DNA from: an uncultured Prevotella sp.
GTDB lineage: Bacteria > Bacteroidota > Bacteroidia > Bacteroidales > Bacteroidaceae
Direction: 5' to 3'
DNA: 64,000 bases
Assembly: GCA_905234815.1 (NCBI GenBank)
Contig: CAJOIX010000001.1
Coordinates: 52,603-116,602 of the forward strand
Positions 1 to 9,782 of the stretch are shown here, piece by piece (position 1 is the stretch's first letter; each line of letters begins with the position of its first letter). Both the position numbers and the translations under genes were made by a program. A model generated the notes under the pieces. The model was not told the origin of the DNA, did not search any database, and worked only from the letters and a program-made list of their open reading frames with translations.

Positions 1-1
1 G

Positions 2-892
2 TATGCCCCCTTGAAGATTGTAGGCAAGCGCCTTTCAGGAGGCGAGATTACCATGCCGGGCACCGTGTCGTCGCAATTCATCTCGGCGCTGTTGCTCATT
101 GCCCCCACCATGGAGCAGGGGCTGCATCTGCATCTCTCCTCGCCGCCCGTGTCGAAACCTTACATCGATCTGACCATCAGCATGATGGAGGCCTTCGGCG
201 TGAATGTACGTTGGCTCGACAGCGAGACGGAATTGCTGGTAGAGCCGGCCAGTTATACTGCGGTTGATTATCCGTTGGAGAGCGACTGGACCGCTGCGTC
301 CTATTGGTATGAATTGCTGACGCTCCTGAGCGAGCCCGACTGTCGCGTGGTGCTTGAAGGGTTGCAGCTCAATTCGCCGCAGGGTGACGATATGGCCAAG
401 TATCTGTTCCACACGTTTGGTATTAAGACGAAAGGCGGACGGGGCGGCATTGTGCTGACACCCCCACTCGTCATGGCCGACCACGGAGTGCTGCCACCCT
501 TTGATTTCGATTTCACCCACTATCCCGATTTGGTACCCGCAGTAGTCTGCACCTGCATAGGTGTGGGGCGGCAGTTTCATTTTGTGGGGCTCGAATCGCT
601 TCATACAAAAGAGTCCGACCGCATTGAGGCGCTGCAAGCGGAAACCCGCAAACTGGGATTTGTGCTTGAGAGTCCCTCGTCAGGCGAGCTCCTGTGGAAT
701 GGTTCGCGCTGCAAACCGACCCATGAGCCTATCGACACCCACTCCGACCACCGGATGGCCATGGCTTTTGCACCGCTCGCGGTGAAGTTCCCAGGGCTGA
801 AAATCAGCAATCCCGAGGTGGTGTCAAAGTCGTATCCTGCCTTCTGGCAGCATCTGGAACAAGTAGGCTTTGCGCTGAAAACTGAAAGTTAA
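2..892 (+). CDS. aroA: 3-phosphoshikimate 1-carboxyvinyltransferase (EPSP synthase), 5' part outside window
   Basis: Motifs SSQFISALL, KESDRI, DHRMAMAF, VSKSYPAFW; frame open to the window edge. Confidence 0.95.
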   Translation, partial: YAPLKIVGKRLSGGEITMPGTVSSQFISALLLIAPTMEQGLHLHLSSPPVSKPYIDLTISMMEAFGVNVRWLDSETELLVEPASYTAVDYPLESDWTAASYWYELLTLLSEPDCRVVLEGLQLNSPQGDDMAKYLFHTFGIKTKGGRGGIVLTPPLVMADHGVLPPFDFDFTHYPDLVPAVVCTCIGVGRQFHFVGLESLHTKESDRIEALQAETRKLGFVLESPSSGELLWNGSRCKPTHEPIDTHSDHRMAMAFAPLAVKFPGLKISNPEVVSKSYPAFWQHLEQVGFALKTES

Positions 893-900
893 ATTTTATC

Positions 901-943
901 ACTCTGAACTCTGAACTCTTCACTCTTCACTCTTCACTCTGAA
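901..943. repeat. Heptamer tandem repeat (ACTCTGA/ACTCTTC) x6
   Basis: actctga actctga actcttc actcttc actcttc actctga between aroA and the next gene. Confidence 0.85.
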
Positions 944-945
944 AT

Positions 946-3900
946 ATGTATATTCTTCTAATTGCACTCTTGCTGCTGGGACTTTTTGCCGCACTGCTCG
1001 GATGGATTACCCATCTGCGCGGCGGTTCCAATGTGCCCGTCGAGCCAGAAGGCGATTGCTCCACCTGTACCGGCGAGAACGACCGCTGCGAGCAGACCTG
1101 CATGATGGAAGCCGCAACGAGAGAGATCGAATATTTCGACGACGAGGAACTCGACCGCTTTTCCGGTCGGGATGCCGAAGAATATACCGACGAGGAACAA
1201 CAGGAATTTTCCGATGTGCTCTACACCATGCGCCCTGCCGAGGTGAAAGAGTGGCTCCGCAGTCTCACACTGCGAGGCATCGCATTGCCCAATGCACTGA
1301 AAGATGAGGCATTCGCCATCATCGACGACGCCAAGCGCTCCATGGCTCCGCTGCTCATCGTCGGTGCCTTGCTGCTCCTGGCAAGCTGCTCCACAAAGAA
1401 AAATACGGCCCAGACCCGCTGGTGGCACTCCTTCAATACGCGCTACAACACCTATTACAACGGTGCAATGGCCTATGTGGATGCTTCGCTTGAGAAGGAA
1501 AAAGGAAACCGCGACAATTTCACAGAAATCATTCCGCTCTACACGGTTGGCAATAAAACCAGTCGCGAACTGGGCAAAAGCAACTACGACCGAGCCATAG
1601 AGAAAGCCCAGAAGGCTATCCATCAGCACAGTATTCGCCGTCGGCCCGTATGGGACAAGAACCGAAGGAAAACCGCCCGCGACATCGAGTGGCTCAATCG
1701 CCGAGAGTACAACCCGTTTCTCTGGAAGGCCTGGCTGCTCATGGGTCGCTCGCAGTTTCACGAAGGAAATTTTGAAGAAGCCGCTTCTACCTTCTCCTAC
1801 ATGAGCCGTATCTATCGCACCCAGCCCGCCATCTATGGTAAGGCCCGTGCCTGGCTGGCTAAAGCCTATGTGGAGCAAGATTTGCTCTACGATGCCGAAG
1901 ACGTGATTCGCAATATGCAGCGCGACTCTATTCACTGGCGAGCCAAGAAAGAGTGGGATTATACCTTGGCCGACTACTACATTCGCAGTGGCAAATACGA
2001 AGAGGCTATTCCCTATCTACGACAGGTGATTCGCCATGAGATGCGCACCAAGCAGCGGGCACGAGAGTGGTTCCTGCTCGGACAAATCTATCAGGCCCTT
2101 GGCAATAACCAAAAAGCCTACAAAGCCTATCGCTCCGTGCTGCGCCAGAACCCGCCCTACGAGCTCCAGTTCAATGCCCGTATCGCCATGTCGGAGGTTT
2201 CGGCAGCAGGAAAAGCCAAACAGATGATTGCCCGCCTGCGGCGAATGGCCAGAAACGACAACAACAAAGAATATCTCGATCAGGTCTATTACGCCATGGG
2301 CAATATCTATCTGTCCGACGGCGACACCCTCGGCGCTATCCATGCCTACGAAACTGGTAACGAGAAAGCCACGCGGTCGGGTATAGAAAAAGGAGTGCTG
2401 TTGCTCCGTTTGGGCGACCTCTATTGGCAAACAGAACAATTCTCTCATGCCCATCGCTGCTATAGCGAAGCCATCGGACTGCTGGACAAAGACCGCAAAG
2501 ACTACCAGCAGTTGTCCGACCGCTCGCTGCTGCTCGATGTGCTGGTGCCCCATACCGACGCTGTTCACCTGCAAGACTCTCTCCAGACCCTAGCCAAGAT
2601 GCCCGAAGCGGAGCGCAACAAAGTGATTGACCGGCTCATACAGGAATACAAGCGAAAGCAGAAAGCCGAGCGGCGCAATCAAGCCGAGCAGAATCGTCAG
2701 GCCAACAGCACGGGGCTGGAGGACATAAACACTCCGCGCTCGCAAACTCCACAGACGCCTGCTGTCAACACACCCGGATCTGCCGTCTGGTATTTCTACA
2801 ACCCGCAAGCCCTGCAACAGGGAAAACTCACTTTCGAAAAACTCTGGGGCAAGCGCGAGAATGTCGATAACTGGCGGCGAAGCAACAAGACGGTGGTGGC
2901 CTCGGAAATGGCCGAAGACACGCTCACCGAGACACAGCGCGACTCAATAGCAGCCGAAGAAGCGAAGCGCGATTCGCTGGAACAGCAGGCCGACAGCGTG
3001 CAGAACAATCCCTTGCGCCGCGAATACTATCTGCAGCAAATACCTTTCACCGAAGAGCAACTCGCACAGTCAAACCTCTTGCTGCAAGATGGGCTCTTCA
3101 ATGCTGGCGTTATATTCAAGGATAAACTGGGAAATCTTCTCCTCAGCGAGAAATACCTTACCCGTCTGCAACGCGATTTCCCAACGTATGAAAACATGGA
3201 CCAGGTGTGGTATCACCTCTATCTGCTCTATTCGCGAAAGCATGATCCCGACCGGGCCAATCATGCGCTGCAAACCCTGATAGCGGAATATCCCGAGTCA
3301 GAGCTCACGCAGCTGGTGACCGACCCTTATTACTTTGAAAATGCTCGCTTTGGCGTACATATCGAAGACTCGCTCTATCAGGCCACTTACCACGCATTCA
3401 AAGAGGAGCGCTACGCTGAGGCTCGTGGCAATCTCACTGTCTCGGCTCAGCGATTCCCCGACGGGGCCCACCGCGACAAGTTCATCTTCGTCGATGGAAT
3501 GATGGCACTCAACGAGGGATACCCCGATACGTGTGTGGTACGGATGGAAGAAGTGGTCAAGCGTTATCCGCAAAGCGAACTGGCCGAAATGGCGGGCATG
3601 ATTGTCAACGGCGTGAAGGCTGGCCGCCGACTGCGCGGAGGACGGTTCGACATCGGCAATATCTGGCAACGGCGCACCGAAGTGCTCAATACGAATGATT
3701 CTACCGAAGTAAAAACATTTGTCAACGACCGTCAGACGCCCTTCCTCTTCCTCTATGCCTACGAGCCGGATTCGATAGAAGAAAACCAACTGCTCTTTGA
3801 ATTGGCCCGCTATAACTTTACATCGTATCTCGTCCGCTCGTTCGATATAGAAATCGACGGCGACGGGTCGTTGCACCGAATGAAGGTGGGCGGCTTCCGC

Positions 3901-4593
3901 AGTTACGACGAAGCGCTGCAGTATGCTCGCAACCTGTCGCAGCAGAAGCGAATAGCAACGCTCGCAGCCAAGGCCCGCCCCATCATCATTAGCGAGAAGA
4001 ACTTCGCGCTCTTGGGCACCGCCTTCAGCTACGATGATTATTCAGATTATTATCAGCAACATTTCGCTCCGCTGCAAGTTTCGACCATCCGTCTGCTCAT
4101 GGAGCCTGCTGAGCCTGCCGCCGAAGGTGAAGACCAGTCCGCTGTGGAAACTGACAGCGACCTGCCCACAGTGGAAGAAATAGACCAACTGCTCGACGAC
4201 AACGACTTCATCGACAATGGTCTCGACATCGAGCTGCCTGCCGAACCGTCAGTCGTGACGCCGGCATCATCGCTCGAAGTCCCCGTTGAGGAGACCGCGG
4301 CTCCAGTTGAAAACGCCACGCTCGAAGTCCCCGTCGAGGAAGCCCCCGCACCAGTAGAAAACAATACGCTGGAGATACCCATCGAAGAAACCGCGGCTCC
4401 AGTTGAAAGCACCACGCTGGAGATTCCTGTCGAGGAAGAATCCACTCCCCCAAATCAGCCTCAGTCGCCAGTCGAAGACATCATCGAAATCACCCCAGCC
4501 CCGACAGAGGCTCCATCGAAGCAAAACCCACCGCAAACCACCAACACTGAATACGACCTCGAAGACGAATACTACGATCTCGACGGATTCTAA
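946..4593 (+). CDS. porW: Fusion ORF: N-terminal membrane-anchored Cys-rich small domain plus PorW/SprE-like T9SS TPR lipoprotein with acidic repeat tail
   Basis: Internal lipoprotein signal MAPLLIVGALLLLASC (ATG 1342) followed by STKKNT..HSFNTRYNTYYNG, many TPR-like helices, WYFYNP..FEKLWGKRENVDNWRR; upstream of porX. Confidence 0.75.
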   Translation: MYILLIALLLLGLFAALLGWITHLRGGSNVPVEPEGDCSTCTGENDRCEQTCMMEAATREIEYFDDEELDRFSGRDAEEYTDEEQQEFSDVLYTMRPAEVKEWLRSLTLRGIALPNALKDEAFAIIDDAKRSMAPLLIVGALLLLASCSTKKNTAQTRWWHSFNTRYNTYYNGAMAYVDASLEKEKGNRDNFTEIIPLYTVGNKTSRELGKSNYDRAIEKAQKAIHQHSIRRRPVWDKNRRKTARDIEWLNRREYNPFLWKAWLLMGRSQFHEGNFEEAASTFSYMSRIYRTQPAIYGKARAWLAKAYVEQDLLYDAEDVIRNMQRDSIHWRAKKEWDYTLADYYIRSGKYEEAIPYLRQVIRHEMRTKQRAREWFLLGQIYQALGNNQKAYKAYRSVLRQNPPYELQFNARIAMSEVSAAGKAKQMIARLRRMARNDNNKEYLDQVYYAMGNIYLSDGDTLGAIHAYETGNEKATRSGIEKGVLLLRLGDLYWQTEQFSHAHRCYSEAIGLLDKDRKDYQQLSDRSLLLDVLVPHTDAVHLQDSLQTLAKMPEAERNKVIDRLIQEYKRKQKAERRNQAEQNRQANSTGLEDINTPRSQTPQTPAVNTPGSAVWYFYNPQALQQGKLTFEKLWGKRENVDNWRRSNKTVVASEMAEDTLTETQRDSIAAEEAKRDSLEQQADSVQNNPLRREYYLQQIPFTEEQLAQSNLLLQDGLFNAGVIFKDKLGNLLLSEKYLTRLQRDFPTYENMDQVWYHLYLLYSRKHDPDRANHALQTLIAEYPESELTQLVTDPYYFENARFGVHIEDSLYQATYHAFKEERYAEARGNLTVSAQRFPDGAHRDKFIFVDGMMALNEGYPDTCVVRMEEVVKRYPQSELAEMAGMIVNGVKAGRRLRGGRFDIGNIWQRRTEVLNTNDSTEVKTFVNDRQTPFLFLYAYEPDSIEENQLLFELARYNFTSYLVRSFDIEIDGDGSLHRMKVGGFRSYDEALQYARNLSQQKRIATLAAKARPIIISEKNFALLGTAFSYDDYSDYYQQHFAPLQVSTIRLLMEPAEPAAEGEDQSAVETDSDLPTVEEIDQLLDDNDFIDNGLDIELPAEPSVVTPASSLEVPVEETAAPVENATLEVPVEEAPAPVENNTLEIPIEETAAPVESTTLEIPVEEESTPPNQPQSPVEDIIEITPAPTEAPSKQNPPQTTNTEYDLEDEYYDLDGF
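4267..4440 (+). repeat. Coding tandem repeat, ~48 bp/16 aa (xxLE(V/I)P(V/I)EExxAPVE) x~4
   Basis: SSLEVPVEETAAPVE-NATLEVPVEEAPAPVE-NNTLEIPIEETAAPVE-STTLEIPVEE in the translation. Confidence 0.85.
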
Positions 4594-4631
4594 TCGCTGT
4601 TTACACTTTCACATTATCATACTCCCGATAC

Positions 4632-6197
4632 ATGACTTACCAACTCCTCTGGGTCGATGACGAAGTAGAACTGCTCAAAGCCCATATACTGTTTCTGGAA
4701 AAGAAAGGTTATCAAGTCGAAACTGTCACCAACGGTGCCGATGCCATCGAGGCTTGTCGGCAGCGCACTTACGACCTTATCCTGCTCGACGAGATGATGC
4801 CTGGCATCACCGGACTCGAAGCCCTGCAGCAAATCAAGCAGATTCAGCCTGCCACTCCCGTGGTCATGGTAACCCGCAGCGAGGAGGAAGACATCATGAA
4901 CCAGGCCATCGGCAGCAAAATAGCCGACTATCTGATCAAGCCCGTCAACCCCAATCAGATCCTGTTGACGCTGAAAAAGAATATCCACCAGCGTCAAATC
5001 GTTACTGAGGTCACACAGTCCAGCTATCAGCAGAGCTTCATGGACATCTCCATGCAGATTGCTGACAGCAATACCTGGACCGACTGGATCAAAGTGTATC
5101 AGCGACTCGTTCACTGGGAATTAGAACTTGCCGCCACACAATCAGGCATGGGCGAAATGCTCCAGATGCAAAAGCAGGAGGCCAACAATGGCTTTGTGAA
5201 ATATGTAAAGCGAAACTATCTCTCGTGGGTTGACCCCGCCAAGGAGCACCACCCCGAGCAGGACCGCCCACTCATGAGCCCCGACATTTTCCGCAGCCGA
5301 ATCTTCCCATTGCTCAACGCTGGCGAGAAAGTCTTTCTCATTGTAATCGATAATTTCCGCTATGACCAGTGGCGCGTCTTGGCCGAAGAGATTGGAGAGC
5401 ATTTCGATGTCAACGAGGAACTCTACATGAGCATCCTCCCAACGGCCACGCAGTATGCCCGCAATGCCATTTTTAGCGGATTGATGCCCACACAGATTGA
5501 GCAGCTCTTCCCCGAATTGTGGGTTGACGAAGAATCAGAAGAAGGCAAGAACCTGAACGAAGCACCCCTCATTCGCACACAAATAGAACGCTTCCGCCGT
5601 CACGACCGCTTCTCCTATCACAAAATGAACGACTCCGTGGCAGCCGAACGCTTCCTCCAGCAACTGCCCTCGCTCGAGCAAAACGACCTCAACGTGGCAG
5701 TCATCAACTTCATCGACATGCTTTCCCATGCCCGCACCGAGTCAAAGATGGTCCGCGAACTCGCCAACAACGAATCGGCCTATCGCTCCATCACCCTCTC
5801 ATGGTTCCGCCACAGCATCATCAGCGAACTCCTCACAGCCCTCGCCAATTCGGACTACAAGGTGATTATCACCACCGACCACGGCTCCATACGCGTGCAA
5901 GACCCCGTCAAAATCATAGGCGACAAGAACACCAACACCAACCTGCGCTATAAACTCGGCCGCAACCTCTCCTACAACGACAAGGCACTCTTCACCATCA
6001 GCGACCCCAAGCGCGCATGGCTCCCATCGCCCAACATCTCCACCACCTATGTTTTCGCCACAGGGCAGGACTTCCTCGCTTATCCAAACAATTATAACTA
6101 TTACGTTTCTTACTATCGCGACACCTTCCAGCACGGAGGCATCTCCATGGAAGAAATGCTCATACCCCTCATCACCCTCACACCCCGCAAGCGCTAA
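4632..6197 (+). CDS. porX: Response regulator receiver + PglZ (alkaline phosphatase-like) domain, PorX family
   Basis: LLWVDDE/LILLDEMMPG/YLIKP receiver; IVIDNFRYDQW, LPTATQYARNAIFSG, TTDHG, FQHGGISMEEM PglZ motifs; followed by tsaE. Confidence 0.92.
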   Translation: MTYQLLWVDDEVELLKAHILFLEKKGYQVETVTNGADAIEACRQRTYDLILLDEMMPGITGLEALQQIKQIQPATPVVMVTRSEEEDIMNQAIGSKIADYLIKPVNPNQILLTLKKNIHQRQIVTEVTQSSYQQSFMDISMQIADSNTWTDWIKVYQRLVHWELELAATQSGMGEMLQMQKQEANNGFVKYVKRNYLSWVDPAKEHHPEQDRPLMSPDIFRSRIFPLLNAGEKVFLIVIDNFRYDQWRVLAEEIGEHFDVNEELYMSILPTATQYARNAIFSGLMPTQIEQLFPELWVDEESEEGKNLNEAPLIRTQIERFRRHDRFSYHKMNDSVAAERFLQQLPSLEQNDLNVAVINFIDMLSHARTESKMVRELANNESAYRSITLSWFRHSIISELLTALANSDYKVIITTDHGSIRVQDPVKIIGDKNTNTNLRYKLGRNLSYNDKALFTISDPKRAWLPSPNISTTYVFATGQDFLAYPNNYNYYVSYYRDTFQHGGISMEEMLIPLITLTPRKR

Positions 6198-6227
6198 ACA
6201 CCAAAAACACTCAACCCTTTCAGCACT

Positions 6228-6653
6228 ATGCACATCAAGATACACTCCTTAGACGAACTACCCCAAGCCGCCGCACAGTTCATCAACCAGATGGGCACTG
6301 CCCGCGTCTTCGCTTTCTACGGCAGCATGGGCGCCGGCAAAACCACATTCATCAAAGCAATCTGCCAAGCACTCGGCGTACGCGAAGTCATCACCTCGCC
6401 CACATTCGCCATCGTCAACGAGTATGCACTCAACTCCCCCCAATTCTCCAAAATCTACCACTTCGATTTCTACCGGATCAAGAATCTCGACGAAGTGTAC
6501 GACATGGGCTACGAAGACTATTTCTACAGCGGACAGCCCTGCTTCATCGAGTGGCCCGAACTCATCGAACCCCTGTTGCCCGACGATGCTGTGCAAGTTG
6601 AAATCACCGCACCCGACAGCGAAACATCCGAGCGCGAAATAACCATCCGATAG
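6228..6653 (+). CDS. tsaE: tRNA threonylcarbamoyladenosine biosynthesis ATPase
   Basis: GSMGAGKTT, SPTFAIVNEY, HFDFYRI, IEWPE. Confidence 0.96.
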   Translation: MHIKIHSLDELPQAAAQFINQMGTARVFAFYGSMGAGKTTFIKAICQALGVREVITSPTFAIVNEYALNSPQFSKIYHFDFYRIKNLDEVYDMGYEDYFYSGQPCFIEWPELIEPLLPDDAVQVEITAPDSETSEREITIR

Positions 6654-6665
6654 CCACCCCACAGT

Positions 6666-8489
6666 ATGAAAATCCCAACGCTGCTCTCCCGTTTCGCCGC
6701 CCTCGTCTGGCGCCCCCTGAAGGACAATCTCCTCTTCTTCGCAGCCATGTATCTGCTCGGATGCATCGTCGCGTGGACAACAAAACTGCCCTACAAGCAC
6801 ATCACCCTCTACGAGAATCTCTACTGGGAGCTCCTGCTCGACAACTATCTCCTTTGCCTCCTCCTCACCCTCATACCCGCCAAGGTGCGCCGCTGGGTGC
6901 GGGCCGCTCTGGCACTGCTGCTCTATCTCATCGCCCTCGTCGATGTCTATTGCTTCCAGCAGTTCGGCTCCACACTCAATCCCACCATGCTCCTCCTCCT
7001 CGGCGAAACCAACACACGCGAAGCCGGCGAATTCCTCCACACCTACTTCAATCTCACACTCCTCACAGGAAAAACCGGCTGGATATTCCTCCTCATCCTT
7101 TTCCACATCAGCGCAGCCCTCACCGCCAAGCACATCCAGCCTCAGCTCCCCAGACTCAACATCCCGTCCCGCCGCCTCCAGTCGCTGCTCGGAGCCATCC
7201 TCCTCCCATTCCTCATCCTCAGCTGTGTCAACTCCGCCTTTAACAAGCAAGCCGTACTCCACATCATGACCCGCCAGAATGTCGGCGACATGGAGCGACT
7301 CCTCACAGGCAAACACCACGCCGAACTCTATAAACCCATCGACCGCCTCCTCTTCAGCATACAAGCCAATCGACTCGCCGCCAAACAGCTCGACAGGCTC
7401 ATCGAAAATCTCGACAGCGCACAGGTGGACTCATGCTCCTACCGCGTACCCTCCATCGTACTCATCATCGGCGAAAGCTACGGCAAAACCCACTCACAGC
7501 AATACGGCTATCCCCTCCCAACTACACCACGCCAAATAGCCCGCGAAAAAACAGGCCGCCTCATACCCTACACCGACGTCATAGCCCACTGGAACCTCAC
7601 ATCCTTTGTCTTCAAGGAAATCTTCTCCCTCCACACCGTCGGACAGCAAGGCGAGTGGTGCGACTATCCACTCTTCACCCAACTCTTCAAAAAAGCAGGC
7701 TACCAGGTAACCTTCCTCACCAATCAATTTCTCCCCAAAGCCAAAGAAGCTGTCTATGACTTCAGCGGCGGATTCTTCCTCAACAACCCCAAACTCTCCC
7801 AAGCACAGTTCACATACCGCAACCAGAAAACACACCGCTACGACAAAGGACTACTCGACGACTACGATGCCATTGCACCCGATAGCGGACCCCGCCTCAC
7901 CATTTTCCACCTCATGGGACAACACGTGAATTACTCGCAGCGCACACCCTATAACCGCCGCAAGTTCACACGACAATCCTACAAAAACATCCGCCACGAT
8001 CTCACAGATGGGCAGCTCGACATCCTCGCCCACTACGACAATGCTACGCTCTACAACGACTCCATTGTCGATCTCATCTGCAGCCGCTTTGAGGGCCAGG
8101 ATGCCGTGGTCATCTATATGCCCGACCACGGCGAGGAATGTTACGAGGGCAACCGGAAATTCTTCTGTCGCAACCACCAGGCAGTCATCGATTACGAACT
8201 CGCACACTACGAGTTCGACATTCCCTTCTGGTTCTATTGCACCGAGAAATTCACACAAAACCACCCAGAACTCTTCCAGCAAATCAAAGACGCACGCAAC
8301 AAACCATTCATGACCGACGCCATCAGCCACACACTCATCTACCTCGCTGGCATCAGCACACCTGCCTACCACGAACAGTTCAACATTCTCTCGCCCTCAT
8401 ACAACCAACACCGCCAACGGCTCATCAAAAACACTGTCGACTACGACACACTTACACCACCCCAAAATCTAAAAAAAACAAAAAAGTAA
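6666..8489 (+). CDS. Phosphoethanolamine transferase (EptA/CptA-like sulfatase family)
   Basis: N-terminal TM helices, ETNTREAGEF, VLIIGES, HLMGQH, YDNATLYND, YMPDHGEE. Confidence 0.88.
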   Translation: MKIPTLLSRFAALVWRPLKDNLLFFAAMYLLGCIVAWTTKLPYKHITLYENLYWELLLDNYLLCLLLTLIPAKVRRWVRAALALLLYLIALVDVYCFQQFGSTLNPTMLLLLGETNTREAGEFLHTYFNLTLLTGKTGWIFLLILFHISAALTAKHIQPQLPRLNIPSRRLQSLLGAILLPFLILSCVNSAFNKQAVLHIMTRQNVGDMERLLTGKHHAELYKPIDRLLFSIQANRLAAKQLDRLIENLDSAQVDSCSYRVPSIVLIIGESYGKTHSQQYGYPLPTTPRQIAREKTGRLIPYTDVIAHWNLTSFVFKEIFSLHTVGQQGEWCDYPLFTQLFKKAGYQVTFLTNQFLPKAKEAVYDFSGGFFLNNPKLSQAQFTYRNQKTHRYDKGLLDDYDAIAPDSGPRLTIFHLMGQHVNYSQRTPYNRRKFTRQSYKNIRHDLTDGQLDILAHYDNATLYNDSIVDLICSRFEGQDAVVIYMPDHGEECYEGNRKFFCRNHQAVIDYELAHYEFDIPFWFYCTEKFTQNHPELFQQIKDARNKPFMTDAISHTLIYLAGISTPAYHEQFNILSPSYNQHRQRLIKNTVDYDTLTPPQNLKKTKK

Positions 8490-8520
8490 GAACGTAAAAA
8501 TAAAATAATCGTCCCTCCCT

Positions 8521-9618
8521 ATGGCTCTCCTTACCCGCACAGAATGTGCCGCCCTGCGTGGCATCGCCATTCTTCTCATCGTACTCCACAACTACTGCCA
8601 CTGGCTCCACGGCATGGTCCATGAGAACGAATACAACTTCAACCCCGACAATTTTGCGGCACTCCTTCGGGCGTTTGCTCATCCCGACGGCCTGCTCTTC
8701 ATCCAGATCATGTCCTTCTTTGGCCATTACGGCGTGCCCATATTTCTCTTTCTCAGCGCCTATGGGCTCGTGATGAAATATGAAACATCGCCAGCCGCAG
8801 TGAGCGATCATCTCTTAGAAGCCATCACCAGCAAGCCTACATCCCTCCGAGCTTATCTCTCGTCAGCCTGGCGGTTCATGCGGTACCACTATCTGAAACT
8901 CTTCCGCATGATGATTCTTGGCTTCGTCTTCTTTCTCATCATCGATCGGCTCACGCCCGGCGCCCACCACTATCGCCTGGTCGATATTCTCGGACAGGTA
9001 TTCATGTTCAACAACCTCCTCCCCGAACCCCACCATGTCATCTGGCCCGGTCCCTATTGGTTTTTTGGACTCATGGTGCAACTCTATCTGGTCTATCGCC
9101 TGCTACTCTATCGCCGCCACTGGGGCTGGACACTCGCGTTGATTATTCTATGCACCGCAGCACAATACATCGCCAGACCAGGTACCGACACGCTCAACTA
9201 CCTCCGCTACAACTGCGTCGGAGCCATACTACCCTTCGGCATCGGACTCCTCTATGCACGCATGGGCCTCACCTTCCAGGGGCGTACCTACAACCTCCTC
9301 TTCTTCATCGTCTCCCTCCTGCTAATCTTCCATTATAGCGGGTCGTTCATCGGATGGCTCTTCGTGCCCATGTTTGTCTGCTCCGCAGGCTTCACCCTCG
9401 TCAAACTCCTGCCACAATCCCTCCTGACCGCTTGCCAATGGCTCGGCGGCATATCAGCCGCACTCTTCGTCATACACCCCATACTACGAAAAATCTTCAT
9501 ACCCATCTCACACCACGGCGACACCTACACAGGACTCATCATCTACCTCCTCGCATCCATCGTCTGCGCATATCTCTTCCTCCTGATACTCAATAAGTTA
9601 CCAAAACCAAAAATCTGA
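8521..9618 (+). CDS. Acyltransferase family 3 (membrane O-acyltransferase)
   Basis: LRGIAILLIVLHN, GVPIFLFLSAYGL, YWFFGLMVQLYL; multi-TM. Confidence 0.88.
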   Translation: MALLTRTECAALRGIAILLIVLHNYCHWLHGMVHENEYNFNPDNFAALLRAFAHPDGLLFIQIMSFFGHYGVPIFLFLSAYGLVMKYETSPAAVSDHLLEAITSKPTSLRAYLSSAWRFMRYHYLKLFRMMILGFVFFLIIDRLTPGAHHYRLVDILGQVFMFNNLLPEPHHVIWPGPYWFFGLMVQLYLVYRLLLYRRHWGWTLALIILCTAAQYIARPGTDTLNYLRYNCVGAILPFGIGLLYARMGLTFQGRTYNLLFFIVSLLLIFHYSGSFIGWLFVPMFVCSAGFTLVKLLPQSLLTACQWLGGISAALFVIHPILRKIFIPISHHGDTYTGLIIYLLASIVCAYLFLLILNKLPKPKI

Positions 9619-9623
9619 TTTCC

Positions 9624-9706
9624 CAAAAGCTATCCTTTTACCTTGCAAAAGCTATGCTTTCGGCGACCAAAAGCTATGCTTTTAGAGGGTAAAAGCATAG
9701 CTTTTG
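9624..9706. repeat. 22-bp-period ladder of AAAAG-N5-CTTTT quasi-palindromes, copy A (4 units)
   Basis: Units start at 9625, 9647, 9669, 9691; the last is inverted (CATAG centre). Confidence 0.9.
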
Positions 9707-9782
9707 AAAGACCACCCTTGAACGCCCTTCTCAAAAAAGCTCCGCAACCCGCTCTGCAAGCAGAAAAAACACACAGTTTCTT

